This document shows, piece by piece, positions 17,472 to 27,162 of a stretch of 64,000 nucleotides of DNA. Location: assembly GCA_964472675.1 (NCBI GenBank), contig CAYYLO010000004.1, positions 1,602 through 65,601 on the forward strand, written 5' to 3'. Position numbers and translations under genes: made by a program. The DNA is from an uncultured Gammaproteobacteria bacterium (lineage in GTDB: Bacteria > Patescibacteriota > Microgenomatia > UBA8517 > UBA10165). The first letter of the stretch is position 1; every line of letters begins with the position of its first letter. A model generated the notes under the pieces. The model ran no database searches, was not told where the DNA came from, and was given only the letters and a program-made list of their open reading frames with translations.

Positions 17472-18335
17472 ATGTGGATGCGGTATAGGCCAATTTATTT
17501 TTTAATTTCAGGTATCGCTATTGCTTTTTCTGTTTTTGCACTTTCGAATTGGGGCTTAAGGCAGTCAATTGATTTTACCGGTGGGAGTGTTGTTGAGTAT
17601 TCTTCGGAGGTTGATGGGGCTGGCGAGCGTCTAAAAGAAATTGCTGTATCAAGACAGTATCCTTTAAAGGGAGTTAGAATAATCTCCTCCAGGGAAGTGG
17701 AATTGCGATTTTCTGCAGAGTTTGACCAGACTAAAGCACAAGAACTTGCCCGTGACCTGGGGGAAAATACAAAGCTGGTAAGATTCGAGAGTGTAGGTCC
17801 GATACTTTCAGCTGAGATTCTTAAAAAAACATATGTGGCTTTGGGAATAGCTTCCATAGGTATTCTTTTATGGGTTGCTTGGCAATTTAAAAGTTTTCAA
17901 TTTGGATTGTGTGCGATTTTGGCAACACTTCACGACACAGTAATTTTGTTAGGAGTATTTGCGGTTTTGGGCCGTTTTCAGAATGTAGAGATAGATATTT
18001 TGTTCGTTACGGCAATTTTAACTGTTCTTTCCTTTTCAGTACATGACACGATTGTCGTCTATGATCGAGTCCGCGAGATTTCCAGGAAACATAGTAGTAT
18101 TTCCGTATATGACAGGGCAAACAAGGCTTTATCAGAAACAATGGTTCGCTCTCTTAATAACTCTTTAACAATTACTTTTATGTTAACAGCCCTTTTTTTG
18201 ATGGGCGGAGAAACAATCAGGTGGTTTGTCTTTGCTCTTCTTGTAGGAACTATTTCAGGCACCTATTCTTCACCTTTTGTAGCCGTTCCGCTTCTTGTTA
18301 CCTGGGATGAGTTAAAAAGAAAAATCAAGCGCTAG
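17472..18335 (+). CDS. secF: Protein translocase subunit SecF
   Basis: IDFTGG, SVGP, SVHDTIVVYDRVRE, GTYSS. Confidence 0.95.
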   Translation: MWMRYRPIYFLISGIAIAFSVFALSNWGLRQSIDFTGGSVVEYSSEVDGAGERLKEIAVSRQYPLKGVRIISSREVELRFSAEFDQTKAQELARDLGENTKLVRFESVGPILSAEILKKTYVALGIASIGILLWVAWQFKSFQFGLCAILATLHDTVILLGVFAVLGRFQNVEIDILFVTAILTVLSFSVHDTIVVYDRVREISRKHSSISVYDRANKALSETMVRSLNNSLTITFMLTALFLMGGETIRWFVFALLVGTISGTYSSPFVAVPLLVTWDELKRKIKR

Positions 18336-18888
18336 GATTTTCTTTCCTCCACTGTTTTGGTGTATAAATCTTTTCCGATATTGCCTCAAACCCCATCTTA
18401 TTTAATGTTTTTGCTAAAAAGCTTTTGCCTGTTTGGTCAATATGGATAGCTTCTTCTTCCTGATAAAACAAATCTTCTGGTAAGTTATTGTCCTTCCATA
18501 TTTGTTGTAATTGTTTGAACTCTTTTTCGGTTAGATTAAGAATCCAACAGCAAGTGTCATCATGGTGATCAAACTTAGCAGGCTTCTGTTTTTGCTTTCC
18601 AACATTGTTTAGCGGTTTGTCGTTCAAGAGAAGAGTAAAAAGTTCATCACAGTCTGAAAGCTTAAATATCCAATCGGTTACTTGCGAAACCAGCTTTATT
18701 TTTTCACCTTTCCTCTTAGGTAATTCTCCAACTCTTAATTTCTTCCCTAACACCTTTTTGGTGTTAATTAGCTCGGCGCGGTAATAATCGCACCACAGGC
18801 TTACCGCCCCGGAAGTTACCTTAACTGCTTTCCTCAAAGGAAAGTTCTTTGTGTCAAAGAAATAATATAACTCTGGTAAGTAAATCAT
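18325..18888 (-). CDS. Hypothetical protein
   Basis: 187-aa ORF, AT-rich, no recognised motif. Confidence 0.65.
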   Translation of the reverse strand: MIYLPELYYFFDTKNFPLRKAVKVTSGAVSLWCDYYRAELINTKKVLGKKLRVGELPKRKGEKIKLVSQVTDWIFKLSDCDELFTLLLNDKPLNNVGKQKQKPAKFDHHDDTCCWILNLTEKEFKQLQQIWKDNNLPEDLFYQEEEAIHIDQTGKSFLAKTLNKMGFEAISEKIYTPKQWRKENPSA

Positions 18889-18962
18889 ATCCTGCTATTA
18901 TCTATAATTGTCTAGTTATTTCAACTAAGACTGGTAATAAAAAAGTATGGAAAATATAATGT

Positions 18963-18988
18963 AGATTCCCGCCTCCGCGGGAATGACA
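18963..18988. repeat. dRS3/REP-like palindrome
   Basis: AGATTCCCGCCTCCGCGGGAATGACA (ATTCCC-N8-GGGAAT). Confidence 0.7.
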
Positions 18989-19015
18989 TGCCAATTAAGT
19001 ATGAAGCGAATTATC

Positions 19016-19198
19016 TTAAGTGGTGTGTTTTGGCCAAATGATAACTGCCTTGGCAAACTCCTCACGAGTTTCTCTGTTTACCAGACTCAACTGATCGCCT
19101 TGGGCGAGATCTTTGTCATCAAACAGTCTCCATGTGGAAGTTTTTGATCCATCCAAAACCAGCGATGCCAACTCCGGTGCAAATTTTAAAGTTTTCAT
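19016..19198 (-). pseudogene. Truncated ASCH-domain protein
   Basis: MKTLKF...LDGSKTSTWR ASCH motif; stops at 60 aa next to a REP. Confidence 0.65.
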
Positions 19199-20532
19199 TT
19201 AAATTCTTGAATGCGGGCAAGAAGATGCTCTCTTTCATTTTTTGTTTGGTCTTCTTCAACTTCTTCAAAAAGTTTTTGCAGGATTTCACCCACCTTTGGT
19301 CCGGAGGGGATTTTTAAGATTTCCATTACATCCCTCCCGTCAACTTTTAAATCTTTAACAGAAAATGGTTGGTGTTGAACTTCTTCTAAACGCTTTTTGA
19401 ACTTTTCAAGCCGCCAGGAAGTTTCCTGCACCCCTCCTCCCAGGCGATCTCCAACCCGTAGATCTAACATATCTTGTAAATTTTCTACGCCTACATTTTT
19501 TATGAATCGCCTTAAAGCTGAATCGGTTTGTTGGTCATCAACGCTAAATTGATGCCAGCGAACTAAAATCCAAAGCTTGTCTTTTTGTTTTTTGGAGAGC
19601 CGTAGCCGATCGGCAATTTCTTTAACTTGCCGGGAACCAATTATTTCGTGATTATAAAAAGTTACTATTCCCTTTGGAGTAAGCTTGCGCGTTTGAACTT
19701 TGCCAATGTCATGAAGCAATGTTGCCAGACGCACCAGCGGGTTTTTGGAAGGGCAATTTTTCAAAGCGTTTAAACAATGGGTGTAAACATCGAAAACGTG
19801 ATGTCTCTGGGGACTTTTTTGCTCGACTCCAATTCCTGCTACCAATTCCGGAAGAATGTAAGTTAATAAGCCCGATGCGTAGAGCATTGTAATCCCCTCG
19901 TCGGGAAAATCGGACTTCAAAATTTTAAATAATTCGTCTCTTATCCTTTCCCATGAGACATGCTTTATGTTTTCAGAGTGCATTTTTATTGCCTGAAAAG
20001 TATTTTCTTCAATAGCAAATCCCAACTCAGCGGCAATTCTTATAGCGCGCATCATGCGAAGTGCGTCCTCGCTGAATCTGTCGATTGGGTTTCCAACTGC
20101 GCGAATTAATTTTTTCTTAATATCCTCATGTCCGCCAAAGGGGTCAATAATTTTTTTATTGGCAGGAATGGCCATGGCGTTGATGGTAAAATCACGCCTG
20201 CTTAAATCTTCTTCTAGGTCCTTGCCCCAAGTGACGGTGTCCGGTCTTCTTTTGTCAGAATAACCGTGTTCTGTTCTAAAAGTTGTAATTTCATAAGGCT
20301 TTTCTTCTCCTTCTTTTGTTATTCCCACGGTCCCGAATTGATTATTGTAAAATCCGTCAGGGAAGAGATTTAATATTTGTTCAGGTGTAGCATCCGTGGT
20401 AAAATCCCAGTCATTAGTTTTTCTATTTAGCATTAAATCCCTCACGACGCCTCCGACAATATAGATTTGGTAACCCGACCGCTCAAAGGTGTGCAAGATT
20501 TTTTTGACAAACGGGGGGAAATCGATTTGCAT
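19195..20532 (-). CDS. cca: CCA tRNA nucleotidyltransferase with HD domain
   Basis: VGGVVRD, DWDFTT, DLSRRDFTINA, EDALRMMR, LLHDIGK. Confidence 0.92.
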   Translation of the reverse strand: MQIDFPPFVKKILHTFERSGYQIYIVGGVVRDLMLNRKTNDWDFTTDATPEQILNLFPDGFYNNQFGTVGITKEGEEKPYEITTFRTEHGYSDKRRPDTVTWGKDLEEDLSRRDFTINAMAIPANKKIIDPFGGHEDIKKKLIRAVGNPIDRFSEDALRMMRAIRIAAELGFAIEENTFQAIKMHSENIKHVSWERIRDELFKILKSDFPDEGITMLYASGLLTYILPELVAGIGVEQKSPQRHHVFDVYTHCLNALKNCPSKNPLVRLATLLHDIGKVQTRKLTPKGIVTFYNHEIIGSRQVKEIADRLRLSKKQKDKLWILVRWHQFSVDDQQTDSALRRFIKNVGVENLQDMLDLRVGDRLGGGVQETSWRLEKFKKRLEEVQHQPFSVKDLKVDGRDVMEILKIPSGPKVGEILQKLFEEVEEDQTKNEREHLLARIQEFK

Positions 20533-20549
20533 GGTATTATTGTAGCAAA

Positions 20550-22286
20550 ATGACAACAAATAAAACGACAAGCATAGATGGAGTGGTAGAAATCCTTTTG
20601 AAAAATCGGGGATTAACCACAGAAAAAGAGAAGGAAGAATTTTTCAATCCTCCGGATCCTCAAAATCTTAACCCTAAGGATTTAGGGATAGACGTAAAAC
20701 AGTTAGATAAAGCAATAAAAAGAATTTTTGTGGCAATTGAGAAAAAGGAAAAAATAATTGTTTATGGAGACTATGATGTTGATGGAATTTGCGCATCTGC
20801 AATTTTGTGGGAAACTTTGCGCTTTTTAGGGGCAAATGCAATGCCTTACGTACCTGGCCGTTTTGCGGAAGGGTACGGCTTAAATATTGAGAGTATCCGA
20901 AAACTGAAAGAGGAAGATTCTGATGTTGGTTTAATTATTACAGTCGACAACGGAATTGTTGCCCATGAGAAAGTTGATTTTGCAAAAAGCTTGGGCGTTG
21001 ACGTGGTTATCACCGATCACCACATTCCAGGTGAAACTTTGCCCAATGCTTACACCATAGTCCATACAACCCAAATGTCAGGGGCAGCAGTTTCGTGGTT
21101 TTTGGCAAAGGCTTTAATGGAGGTGACGGGTCCTACCACGGGCTCGTCCCGTCCGACCTCCTCGTCCGCCTTTGGCGAGACTGCGGGGGCTCGACGGGAC
21201 TCCCTCCGCCCGTGCCACCCATCACAATCATTCTTACATGATCATCTTGGTTTAGCGGCTTTAGGTACGGTGGCCGATGTGTTGCCGTTAGTTGGGCACA
21301 ATAGGTCTATTGTTGTTTATGGCTTGCGAGCTTTGCGAAATACTTCCCGTGTTGGGATTAAATCTTTATGTAAAGAAGCAGGAATAGAGCAAAACGATAT
21401 CGACACTTTCCATATTGGGTTTGTTATCGCTCCCCGGATGAACGCAATGGGTCGTTTAGAGCATGCCATGGAGTCTTTACGGCTTTTGTGTACGAATGAT
21501 AAGGAAAAAGCAGCGACCCTGGCTTTTGATTTAGGCAAAACCAACAAAATTCGCCAGGAAAAGACGGAAAATATTTTTAAACATATCCAGGAAAACTTTG
21601 AAAGTGTTTGGAACCAAAAACTCCCCGGGGTTTTACTGGCGGCGCATGAAACTTATGAGGAAGGGGTTGTGGGAATTGTTGCCGGGCGTTTGGTGGAAAA
21701 ATATTATCGTCCTTCGATTGTTGTCTCCCGCGGCAAAGAAGTATCTAAGGCCTCGGCTAGGTCAATCACGGGCATAGATATTATTCAGCTTATTCGTGAG
21801 GTAGGCGACGGACTTTTAATAAACGCTGGAGGGCACCCAATGGCGGCGGGCTTTAGTCTTTCTACTGCAAAACTGGAAGACTTTGGCAAAAAGCTTGTCA
21901 AGTATTCTTCAAAATTTAGTGAACGCGATTTTGTCAGAGAGGCAAAAGTTGACTGTGAGATTGATTTTTCTTTGCTAACCAATTCTCTTTATAAAAAACT
22001 TTTAGAATTTGCTCCTTTTGGTTTTGGCAATCCGACACCTGTTTTTATGACCCGCAATGTACAAATTGGCGATGTGAGGTTAATGGGCAAAGACAAAAAC
22101 CATTTAAAACTTTTGCTAACTCAGGAAGGGTTCGGTACTATGGAAGCTGTAGGTTTTAGAATGGGTGAATTGTATTCTTCTTTATCTCCCGGCTCGTCAG
22201 TGGACGTAGTCTACTCTTTAGAAGAAAACGTTTGGAACAACCACAAATCTCTCCAGCTAAAACTTAAAAACATATATATAGTTTGA
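20550..22286 (+). CDS. recJ: Single-stranded-DNA exonuclease RecJ (with in-frame palindromic insert)
   Basis: YGDYDVDG, ITVDNG, TDHH, GTVAD, GGHPMAAG, PFGFGNP. Confidence 0.95.
   Translation: MTTNKTTSIDGVVEILLKNRGLTTEKEKEEFFNPPDPQNLNPKDLGIDVKQLDKAIKRIFVAIEKKEKIIVYGDYDVDGICASAILWETLRFLGANAMPYVPGRFAEGYGLNIESIRKLKEEDSDVGLIITVDNGIVAHEKVDFAKSLGVDVVITDHHIPGETLPNAYTIVHTTQMSGAAVSWFLAKALMEVTGPTTGSSRPTSSSAFGETAGARRDSLRPCHPSQSFLHDHLGLAALGTVADVLPLVGHNRSIVVYGLRALRNTSRVGIKSLCKEAGIEQNDIDTFHIGFVIAPRMNAMGRLEHAMESLRLLCTNDKEKAATLAFDLGKTNKIRQEKTENIFKHIQENFESVWNQKLPGVLLAAHETYEEGVVGIVAGRLVEKYYRPSIVVSRGKEVSKASARSITGIDIIQLIREVGDGLLINAGGHPMAAGFSLSTAKLEDFGKKLVKYSSKFSERDFVREAKVDCEIDFSLLTNSLYKKLLEFAPFGFGNPTPVFMTRNVQIGDVRLMGKDKNHLKLLLTQEGFGTMEAVGFRMGELYSSLSPGSSVDVVYSLEENVWNNHKSLQLKLKNIYIV
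21120..21223. repeat. GC-rich palindromic mini-element, copy 1 (in-frame in recJ)
   Basis: Shares GGGTCCT.CC.CG, CCCGT.CGAC.TCCTC, TGCGGG.GCTC.ACGGG and CACCC blocks with 25686-25785. Confidence 0.75.
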
Positions 22287-22340
22287 ATTTACAACAAGTT
22301 ATTGTGTTCCAGCTTTAATTTAAAGTAAAATGGTCATATT

Positions 22341-23654
22341 ATGAAGCGAATACTTTCTTCTGATTTGCCAAAGCACATAAACGAAGAAGTTGTGGTTTCA
22401 GGCTGGCTTCATAAAAGGAGAGAGCTTGGAGGGATGACTTTCCTGGTTTTGCGGGATAGAGATGGCTTAGTTCAAATTTTGGCTGAAAAATCCCAAGGAA
22501 TCGAAAAATTAGAAGGTTTGCAAAATGGAACGATCCTTACAGTAAAAGGTACAGTTGTAGAAGATGAGCGGGCGCCTCAGGGGGTAGAAATCCACAACCC
22601 TGAAATTTCAGTAGATGTCCCCGTTGAGTATGTTGTGCCAATTGAGGTTGATAAACCCATAGATCATTCACCAGAAAATTTAGAGACGCTTTTTGAAAAC
22701 AAGGTGGTAAACATGCGCAACACAGTCGAAAGAGGAATTTGGAAAATCCAGGCTACTGTGGGAGATGCGGCTCGGGAATATCTAAAATCTCAGGATTTTA
22801 CAGAGTTTCATAGTCCTAAGTTATTAGCCGAGGCAACCGAGGGCGGGGCAGAAGTTTTCAAACTGGATTATTTCGGGAAAACTGCAACATTGGCCCAATC
22901 TGCACAATTTTATAAACAAATAATGGTGGGTTCTTTGGAGCGCGTTTTTGAAATTGGCGCAACATACCGGGCAGAACCAAGTATGACTACCCGCCATATG
23001 ACTGAGTTTGTCACTATTGACGTTGAGATGGGGTTTATCGAAGGATTTCAGGATTTGCTACGCCTTTTAAGTGGGTTAGTAAACCACGTTGCAGGGTACG
23101 TTTGGGAGCACAATGGAGAAGAACTAGAGACACTTGGCGCCCAAAAGCCGATTTTGAAAGAAGAGTTCCCCCAAGTGACGTTAAAAGAGCTGCATGAACT
23201 TTTTCTCAATGAAACTGGAACTGATGCAACAAAAGAACCAGATCCAACGCCCGCAGAGGAGAGATTTATAAGCGAATATTCGGCTCAGAATTGGGGTTCC
23301 GAGGCGGTTTTTGTGACCGAGTTTCCTTCTTCCCATATGAAGTTTTACCATTATAAGAGTGACAGAGACCCTGAGGTTGCCGAACGGGCAGACTTGATTT
23401 TTAGAGGTGTTGAGATTGTGACAGCATCCCAGCGCGAACATCGCTATCCAAAGCTTGTAGAACAGCTTAAAGCCATGGGTGGGAATTCAGAACATCCAGG
23501 ATATAAATATTATTTGGAAGCGTTTAAATACGGAATGCCCGCACATGGAGGCTTTGGCTTGGGACTTGAGAGGTTGACTCAAAAGATTATTGGCCTTAAT
23601 AATGTAAAAGAAGCAACACTTTTCCCTCGAGATATCAATAGGCTCGCGCCCTGA
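22341..23654 (+). CDS. aspS: Aspartyl-tRNA synthetase, archaeal/non-discriminating type
   Basis: ATEGGAEVF, LAQSAQFYKQ, YRAEPS..RH, GMPAHGGFGLGLER; 437 aa without the bacterial GAD insert. Confidence 0.92.
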   Translation: MKRILSSDLPKHINEEVVVSGWLHKRRELGGMTFLVLRDRDGLVQILAEKSQGIEKLEGLQNGTILTVKGTVVEDERAPQGVEIHNPEISVDVPVEYVVPIEVDKPIDHSPENLETLFENKVVNMRNTVERGIWKIQATVGDAAREYLKSQDFTEFHSPKLLAEATEGGAEVFKLDYFGKTATLAQSAQFYKQIMVGSLERVFEIGATYRAEPSMTTRHMTEFVTIDVEMGFIEGFQDLLRLLSGLVNHVAGYVWEHNGEELETLGAQKPILKEEFPQVTLKELHELFLNETGTDATKEPDPTPAEERFISEYSAQNWGSEAVFVTEFPSSHMKFYHYKSDRDPEVAERADLIFRGVEIVTASQREHRYPKLVEQLKAMGGNSEHPGYKYYLEAFKYGMPAHGGFGLGLERLTQKIIGLNNVKEATLFPRDINRLAP

Positions 23655-23657
23655 CAA

Positions 23658-24605
23658 ATGCCCAAGAAACCGACATCAAAAACCAGCCCTTTTGACAGCA
23701 CACAGTTTTTATTCCTGGTACTTTTCGTCCTAATCATGTTGATAAGTTGGGGGATATTTTTTGCTCCACAAAAAGAGGCCAAGGTATCAAAAAAGCTTTC
23801 TCAAGAACCAAAAGTTAAAGTAAGCACCGAGGCCAAAGTTCCCACTCCCCAACTGAAAAACCAAGTGACACCTCCCTCTAGCGCAACTGCAAGATCTTAT
23901 TATGCGATAGATGTCAAAACCGGTACTCAACTTCTAGCCAAAAGAGAAGACGAACCGCAACTGCCGGCATCTACAACCAAAATGGCGACAGCTTTGGTTG
24001 CGATGTCATATTACAAACCGGATGACGTAATTACTGTAGGAGTTACCAGAAGTGGTGGACACAAAATGGGTTTGGTGTATGGCGAGCAAATCACCACAAG
24101 AGATCTTCTTTATGGATTATTAGTTTTTTCCGGGAACGATGCTGCTGAAGTATTAGCACAAAACTATCCGGGAGGAAGAGGAGAATTCGTTGCTTCCATG
24201 AACAATTTGGCAAAGAAGTTGGAACTTACCAATACGAATTTTACAAATCCTGCGGGATTTGATGAGTACCTTCACTTTTCTTCGGCAAAAGATTTAGTGA
24301 AACTGGCACTTCATGGAATGGAAAACTCTCTATTTGCCCAAATTGTTGGAACTAAAAATATCAAAATAACAAGTGTTGATGGCAGTATAGTTCACAGTGC
24401 AGAGAACACAAACCGATTAATTGAGAAAATGCCGGGGATTTTAGGAGTAAAAACTGGGTGGACAGAAAATTCCGGGCAAGATTTGGTGACTTTATACGAA
24501 CGCGACGGACATCGGGTTATGCTTGCCGTTTTGGGGTCTACAGACCGTTTTCGTGAAACCCAAACTCTTCTCAACTGGATTTTTGATAATTATGAATGGA
24601 AATAA
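23658..24605 (+). CDS. D-alanyl-D-alanine carboxypeptidase (peptidase S11)
   Basis: SxxK (ASTTK), SGN, KTG; N-terminal TM. Confidence 0.9.
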   Translation: MPKKPTSKTSPFDSTQFLFLVLFVLIMLISWGIFFAPQKEAKVSKKLSQEPKVKVSTEAKVPTPQLKNQVTPPSSATARSYYAIDVKTGTQLLAKREDEPQLPASTTKMATALVAMSYYKPDDVITVGVTRSGGHKMGLVYGEQITTRDLLYGLLVFSGNDAAEVLAQNYPGGRGEFVASMNNLAKKLELTNTNFTNPAGFDEYLHFSSAKDLVKLALHGMENSLFAQIVGTKNIKITSVDGSIVHSAENTNRLIEKMPGILGVKTGWTENSGQDLVTLYERDGHRVMLAVLGSTDRFRETQTLLNWIFDNYEWK

Positions 24606-24612
24606 TTAAGGT

Positions 24613-25668
24613 TTACTGGGCGCCGTACCACTCGTTTGTTACAGCAGGGATGATAGCGCGGAAGCCGTTGTCGCCGTCAAAAACTACAACTGGCTCTAAA
24701 AACTGTTGCACTTTTCCGGAATCATAATAACCAAGATAAACGCGGCGGATTACTACCTGGTTTGTTGAACTTGGCGTAGAAATAATCATTCCTTTGCCGG
24801 CTTGCAACTCGTCCCACGCAATTTTAGAGGTTTTGATTGGATAAGTAGACCTTTGGTTTTCGCTAATTGCAAAGTAGTGGTACTCTCCAGCTATTATTTG
24901 TTTATAGGTTGAGCTTGATCCGCTGACCAAAAACCAAACATTACTTCTGTCAACTCTTGGGGTAATAATCGGCAGATCGTCGTACTCTTTTCTCCAAAGA
25001 TTTACCCTGATAAAGTTGGCGTCTGATAATGAGCCAACAGTCTGCAAAGCCTCAGGTGCAGTTCTTAGATAATCAAAAGTTTGTTTGCCCTGGTCAAGGT
25101 CGGGAGTAAGCAGTGATGCGCGATTTAGAAAAGATCTTGTTGCAGCCAGCGCGTCTTCATCTGACTTGGGATGTAGGTTAAGCAGGCTTGCATCTTGAGC
25201 AAGGTTGTAGCTTAAAGAAAGTGTTTTGTTAACTATGTTAATATCTAAAGTTGCGGGAACTTCCGTGTGTGTGTACCTGTATATTACTTCCGAAAGGGAT
25301 ACTCCTGAATTTGAGAAGTTTAAGCTTTTGGCAATTTTATTGGCATCGTCAAGACTCAAGAAGGAAGATTGAGGAGTTGGCATGAAAAAAACATTTACCT
25401 GTGTTGGAAATTTGGGAAGTTCTCCCGTTGGGGTTTGCAATGTGTAGGTGAGTGCGGGAATAGCTAGCTTTGGGTCAAATATTAAAGCTGGCAACTTGTT
25501 AAATCTATCTTGTGGCGGGGGGGGGGGAGCTGGAAAAATTTTTCTGTAAGCTGAGTAGCCTACGGTCCACATGATGTTTATGGAAATTAAGGCAACAATA
25601 AAAATTGTGCCGAATTTTATGGCGCGCCTGGTTTGGAATGCTGTTTCAGTTAAAGACATTGTTGTCAT
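24613..25668 (-). CDS. Conserved-looking hypothetical membrane-anchored protein
   Basis: 351 aa, N-terminal TM, poly-Pro linker, YLGYYD...FLEPVVVF C-terminus. Confidence 0.75.
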   Translation of the reverse strand: MTTMSLTETAFQTRRAIKFGTIFIVALISINIMWTVGYSAYRKIFPAPPPPPQDRFNKLPALIFDPKLAIPALTYTLQTPTGELPKFPTQVNVFFMPTPQSSFLSLDDANKIAKSLNFSNSGVSLSEVIYRYTHTEVPATLDINIVNKTLSLSYNLAQDASLLNLHPKSDEDALAATRSFLNRASLLTPDLDQGKQTFDYLRTAPEALQTVGSLSDANFIRVNLWRKEYDDLPIITPRVDRSNVWFLVSGSSSTYKQIIAGEYHYFAISENQRSTYPIKTSKIAWDELQAGKGMIISTPSSTNQVVIRRVYLGYYDSGKVQQFLEPVVVFDGDNGFRAIIPAVTNEWYGAQ

Positions 25669-25685
25669 GACATTGGGGGTTATAC

Positions 25686-25785
25686 AGGGTGTTCGGGGTC
25701 CTGCCGCGCCGCACCCCCGTGCGACGTCCTCACCTCATCGGTTGCGGGCGCTCCACGGGGGACCCCCGCTCTGCGTCACCCCTCA
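25686..25785. repeat. GC-rich palindromic mini-element, copy 2 (intergenic)
   Basis: Block-wise similarity to the recJ insert; GGGTG...CACCC ends. Confidence 0.72.
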
Positions 25786-25866
25786 CTAGGCAGTGCCGCC
25801 CACTACTATTCTTAGCTTATCAAGTTGCTTTCAGTATACGCACAAAAAGTGTTAGAATCAATCTTA

Positions 25867-27159
25867 ATGGCCAAACAAGTTAGGGTTAGAATTGCCCCGT
25901 CGCCAACAGGCTTTGCGCATATTGGTACAGGTTATATGGCGTTGTTTAATTATGCTTTTGCTAAAAAAAACAACGGCACCTTCATTGTTAGACTTGAGGA
26001 TTCAGACTTAAAACGCCATGTTCCCGGAGCCGAAGAGGCAATTTATGCTGGGTTAAACTGGTTAGGGCTGAAATGGGACGAAGGGCCAGATGTGGGCGGC
26101 CCTTTTGCCCCTTATCGGGTTTCTGAGAAATTAGACTTATATAAAAAAATTGCTGAGAAACTTATTAGTGAAGGAAAAGCATATCAAGATGAAGGGGCCG
26201 TTAGTTTCAAAAATACAGGTGATGATATGGGGTGGACTGATTTAGTCAGGGGTGATATTGTCTTTCCTGGAAGCGAAGTAACAGATTTCGTAATAATGAA
26301 ATCAGATGGGTACCCTACATATAACTTCTATGTGGTCGTCGATGATGTGCAGATGGAGATAACCCACATTATCCGTGGGGAAGAACACATTTCTAACACT
26401 CCGCGCCAGCTTGCTTTATACAAGGCGCTAAACTATGAAGTTCCACAGTTTGCACACTTGCCAACCTTGAGAAACTCAGAGCATAAGAAGCTCTCTAAAA
26501 GAAGGGACCCTGTCGATTTGCGTCTTTATAGGGGACAAGGGTATTTGCCAGAAGCGTTAATTAACTTTTTATGTCTTTTAGGCTGGTCCCATCCGGAAGG
26601 TAAAGAGCTTTTCAATTTAGATGAGTTTATTGAAAAATTCACTCTTGAAAGAGTGCGCAAAGCCGGGCCGGTTTTTGATACCAAAAAACTGGATTGGTTA
26701 AACGGCATGTATATTCGCCAAATGGATAATGTAGCTTTAGCATCAACCCTCAATAGATTCATTTCTGCCGACACTTCAACCCAATTCTTGCTGAAAATAG
26801 TTCCTTTAATTAAGGAACGGATTAGTAAGCTGGGGGATGCCGAAAACCTTTTAAAGTTTTTCTGGAAAAAACCGCAAGTTGGGCGTGAGATGTTTAAGAA
26901 CGATAAATCTTTAGAGTTTATAACTTCTGCTCTGGAAGTGTTAAGAGAAACAGCGGATTGGACTTTAGAATCCGTGAACGAAGCCCTTGCGCAAAGGGTT
27001 AAAGACAAGGGCTATAAAACAGGCGAGTTTTTTATGTGTTTAAGGTTGGCAATTACAGGACAGGAAGTTACGCCTCCTTTAAACGAATCAATGGTAATAT
27101 TAGGTAAAGAGGAAGTTTTGGTTAGGCTTGAAACAGCTCAAAAGGTACTTCTTGACTAG
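25867..27159 (+). CDS. gltX: Glutamyl-tRNA synthetase
   Basis: RIAPSPTGFAHIG, IRGEEH, KLSKR. Confidence 0.95.
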   Translation: MAKQVRVRIAPSPTGFAHIGTGYMALFNYAFAKKNNGTFIVRLEDSDLKRHVPGAEEAIYAGLNWLGLKWDEGPDVGGPFAPYRVSEKLDLYKKIAEKLISEGKAYQDEGAVSFKNTGDDMGWTDLVRGDIVFPGSEVTDFVIMKSDGYPTYNFYVVVDDVQMEITHIIRGEEHISNTPRQLALYKALNYEVPQFAHLPTLRNSEHKKLSKRRDPVDLRLYRGQGYLPEALINFLCLLGWSHPEGKELFNLDEFIEKFTLERVRKAGPVFDTKKLDWLNGMYIRQMDNVALASTLNRFISADTSTQFLLKIVPLIKERISKLGDAENLLKFFWKKPQVGREMFKNDKSLEFITSALEVLRETADWTLESVNEALAQRVKDKGYKTGEFFMCLRLAITGQEVTPPLNESMVILGKEEVLVRLETAQKVLLD

Positions 27160-27162
27160 AAA

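Noticed and set aside
25571-25883. Short Arg/Pro-rich ORFs
   Set aside because: Translations of the GC-rich mini-element
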